Positions 3,941 to 4,112 of a DNA stretch of 4,112 nucleotides are shown here, piece after piece (positions within the stretch are counted from its first letter, which is position 1; each line of letters starts with the position of its first letter). The stretch is from Escherichia coli (GTDB lineage Bacteria > Pseudomonadota > Gammaproteobacteria > Enterobacterales > Enterobacteriaceae). The notes beneath the pieces were generated by a model. The model saw nothing but the letters and a program-made list of their open reading frames with translations. It ran no database searches and was not told the origin of the DNA. Location of the stretch: assembly GCF_036507355.1 (NCBI RefSeq), contig NZ_AP027884.1, one strand, 5' to 3'. The translations under genes were made by a program, and so were the position numbers.

Positions 3941-4112
3941 TTACCGACTGCGGCCTGAGTTTTTTAAGTGACGTAAAACCGTGTTGAGGCCAACGCCCAT
4001 AATGCGTGCACTGGCGCGACATCCGACGCCATTCATGGCCATATCAATGATTTTCTGGTGCGTACCGGGCTGAGAGGCGGTGTAAGTGAACTGTAGTTGC
4101 CATGTTTTACGG
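3941..4112 (-). CDS. insA: IS1 InsA, 3' portion (stop codon = complement of 3941..3943)
   Basis: The frame continues from the window start; 34 codons + 1 junction codon + 57 codons gives 91 aa plus stop, the InsA length. C-terminal sequence ...[16 protein letters not shown] is followed by TAA. Confidence 0.85.
   Translation of the reverse strand, partial: RKTWQLQFTYTASQPGTHQKIIDMAMNGVGCRASARIMGVGLNTVLRHLKNSGRSR

Larger units (their letters stand above)
3504..4112 (-). mobile_element. IS1 insertion sequence, right-end segment (IRR, insB, 3' part of insA)
   Basis: GGTGATGACTCCAACTTACTGATAGTG at 3504..3530 matches the IS1 right inverted repeat; the rest aligns with recalled IS1 sequence through insB into insA with scattered substitutions (an IS1 isoform). 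Confidence 0.95.

Noticed and set aside
1-4112. CRISPR arrays, tRNA or rRNA genes
   Set aside because: No regularly spaced repeat-spacer structure beyond the 11-bp phased heptamers (too short and too few for CRISPR) and no tRNA- or rRNA-like sequence recognised.

Overview
The window reads as a circularly permuted small ColE1-family plasmid of about 4.1 kb. Its two ends (3504..4112 and 1..159) are the two halves of a single IS1 element on the minus strand: together they total 768 bp, the length of IS1, and the insA frame runs seamlessly from the window end into the window start. The backbone carries a ColE1-type replicon (RNA II primer promoter, antisense RNA I, origin; no rop seen), a ColE1/pMB1-type bom/oriT-like segment with no relaxase gene, and a cer/psi-like Xer site with a candidate ArgR box and a bidirectional terminator. 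The main finding is a strongly AT-rich island (about 345..1250) inside this roughly 50% GC backbone. It encodes a 222-aa bitopic membrane protein whose N-terminus (MKMENNSPDIDFIELF...) and two-TM architecture resemble Wzz/Cld polysaccharide co-polymerases, but with a periplasmic domain far shorter than in classical Wzz. Immediately upstream is a 31-aa hydrophobic micro-ORF whose stop overlaps the Wzz-like start (ATGA). A second unexplained region (2339..3066) holds three palindromes sharing a GTAATAC half-site, an 8-bp-arm palindrome, and two arrays of three 7-bp direct repeats at exact 11-bp spacing, leading into a 122-aa ORF with a basic N-terminal half and an acidic C-terminal tail. All calls rest on reading the sequence and on recalled family sequences; no database search was run.
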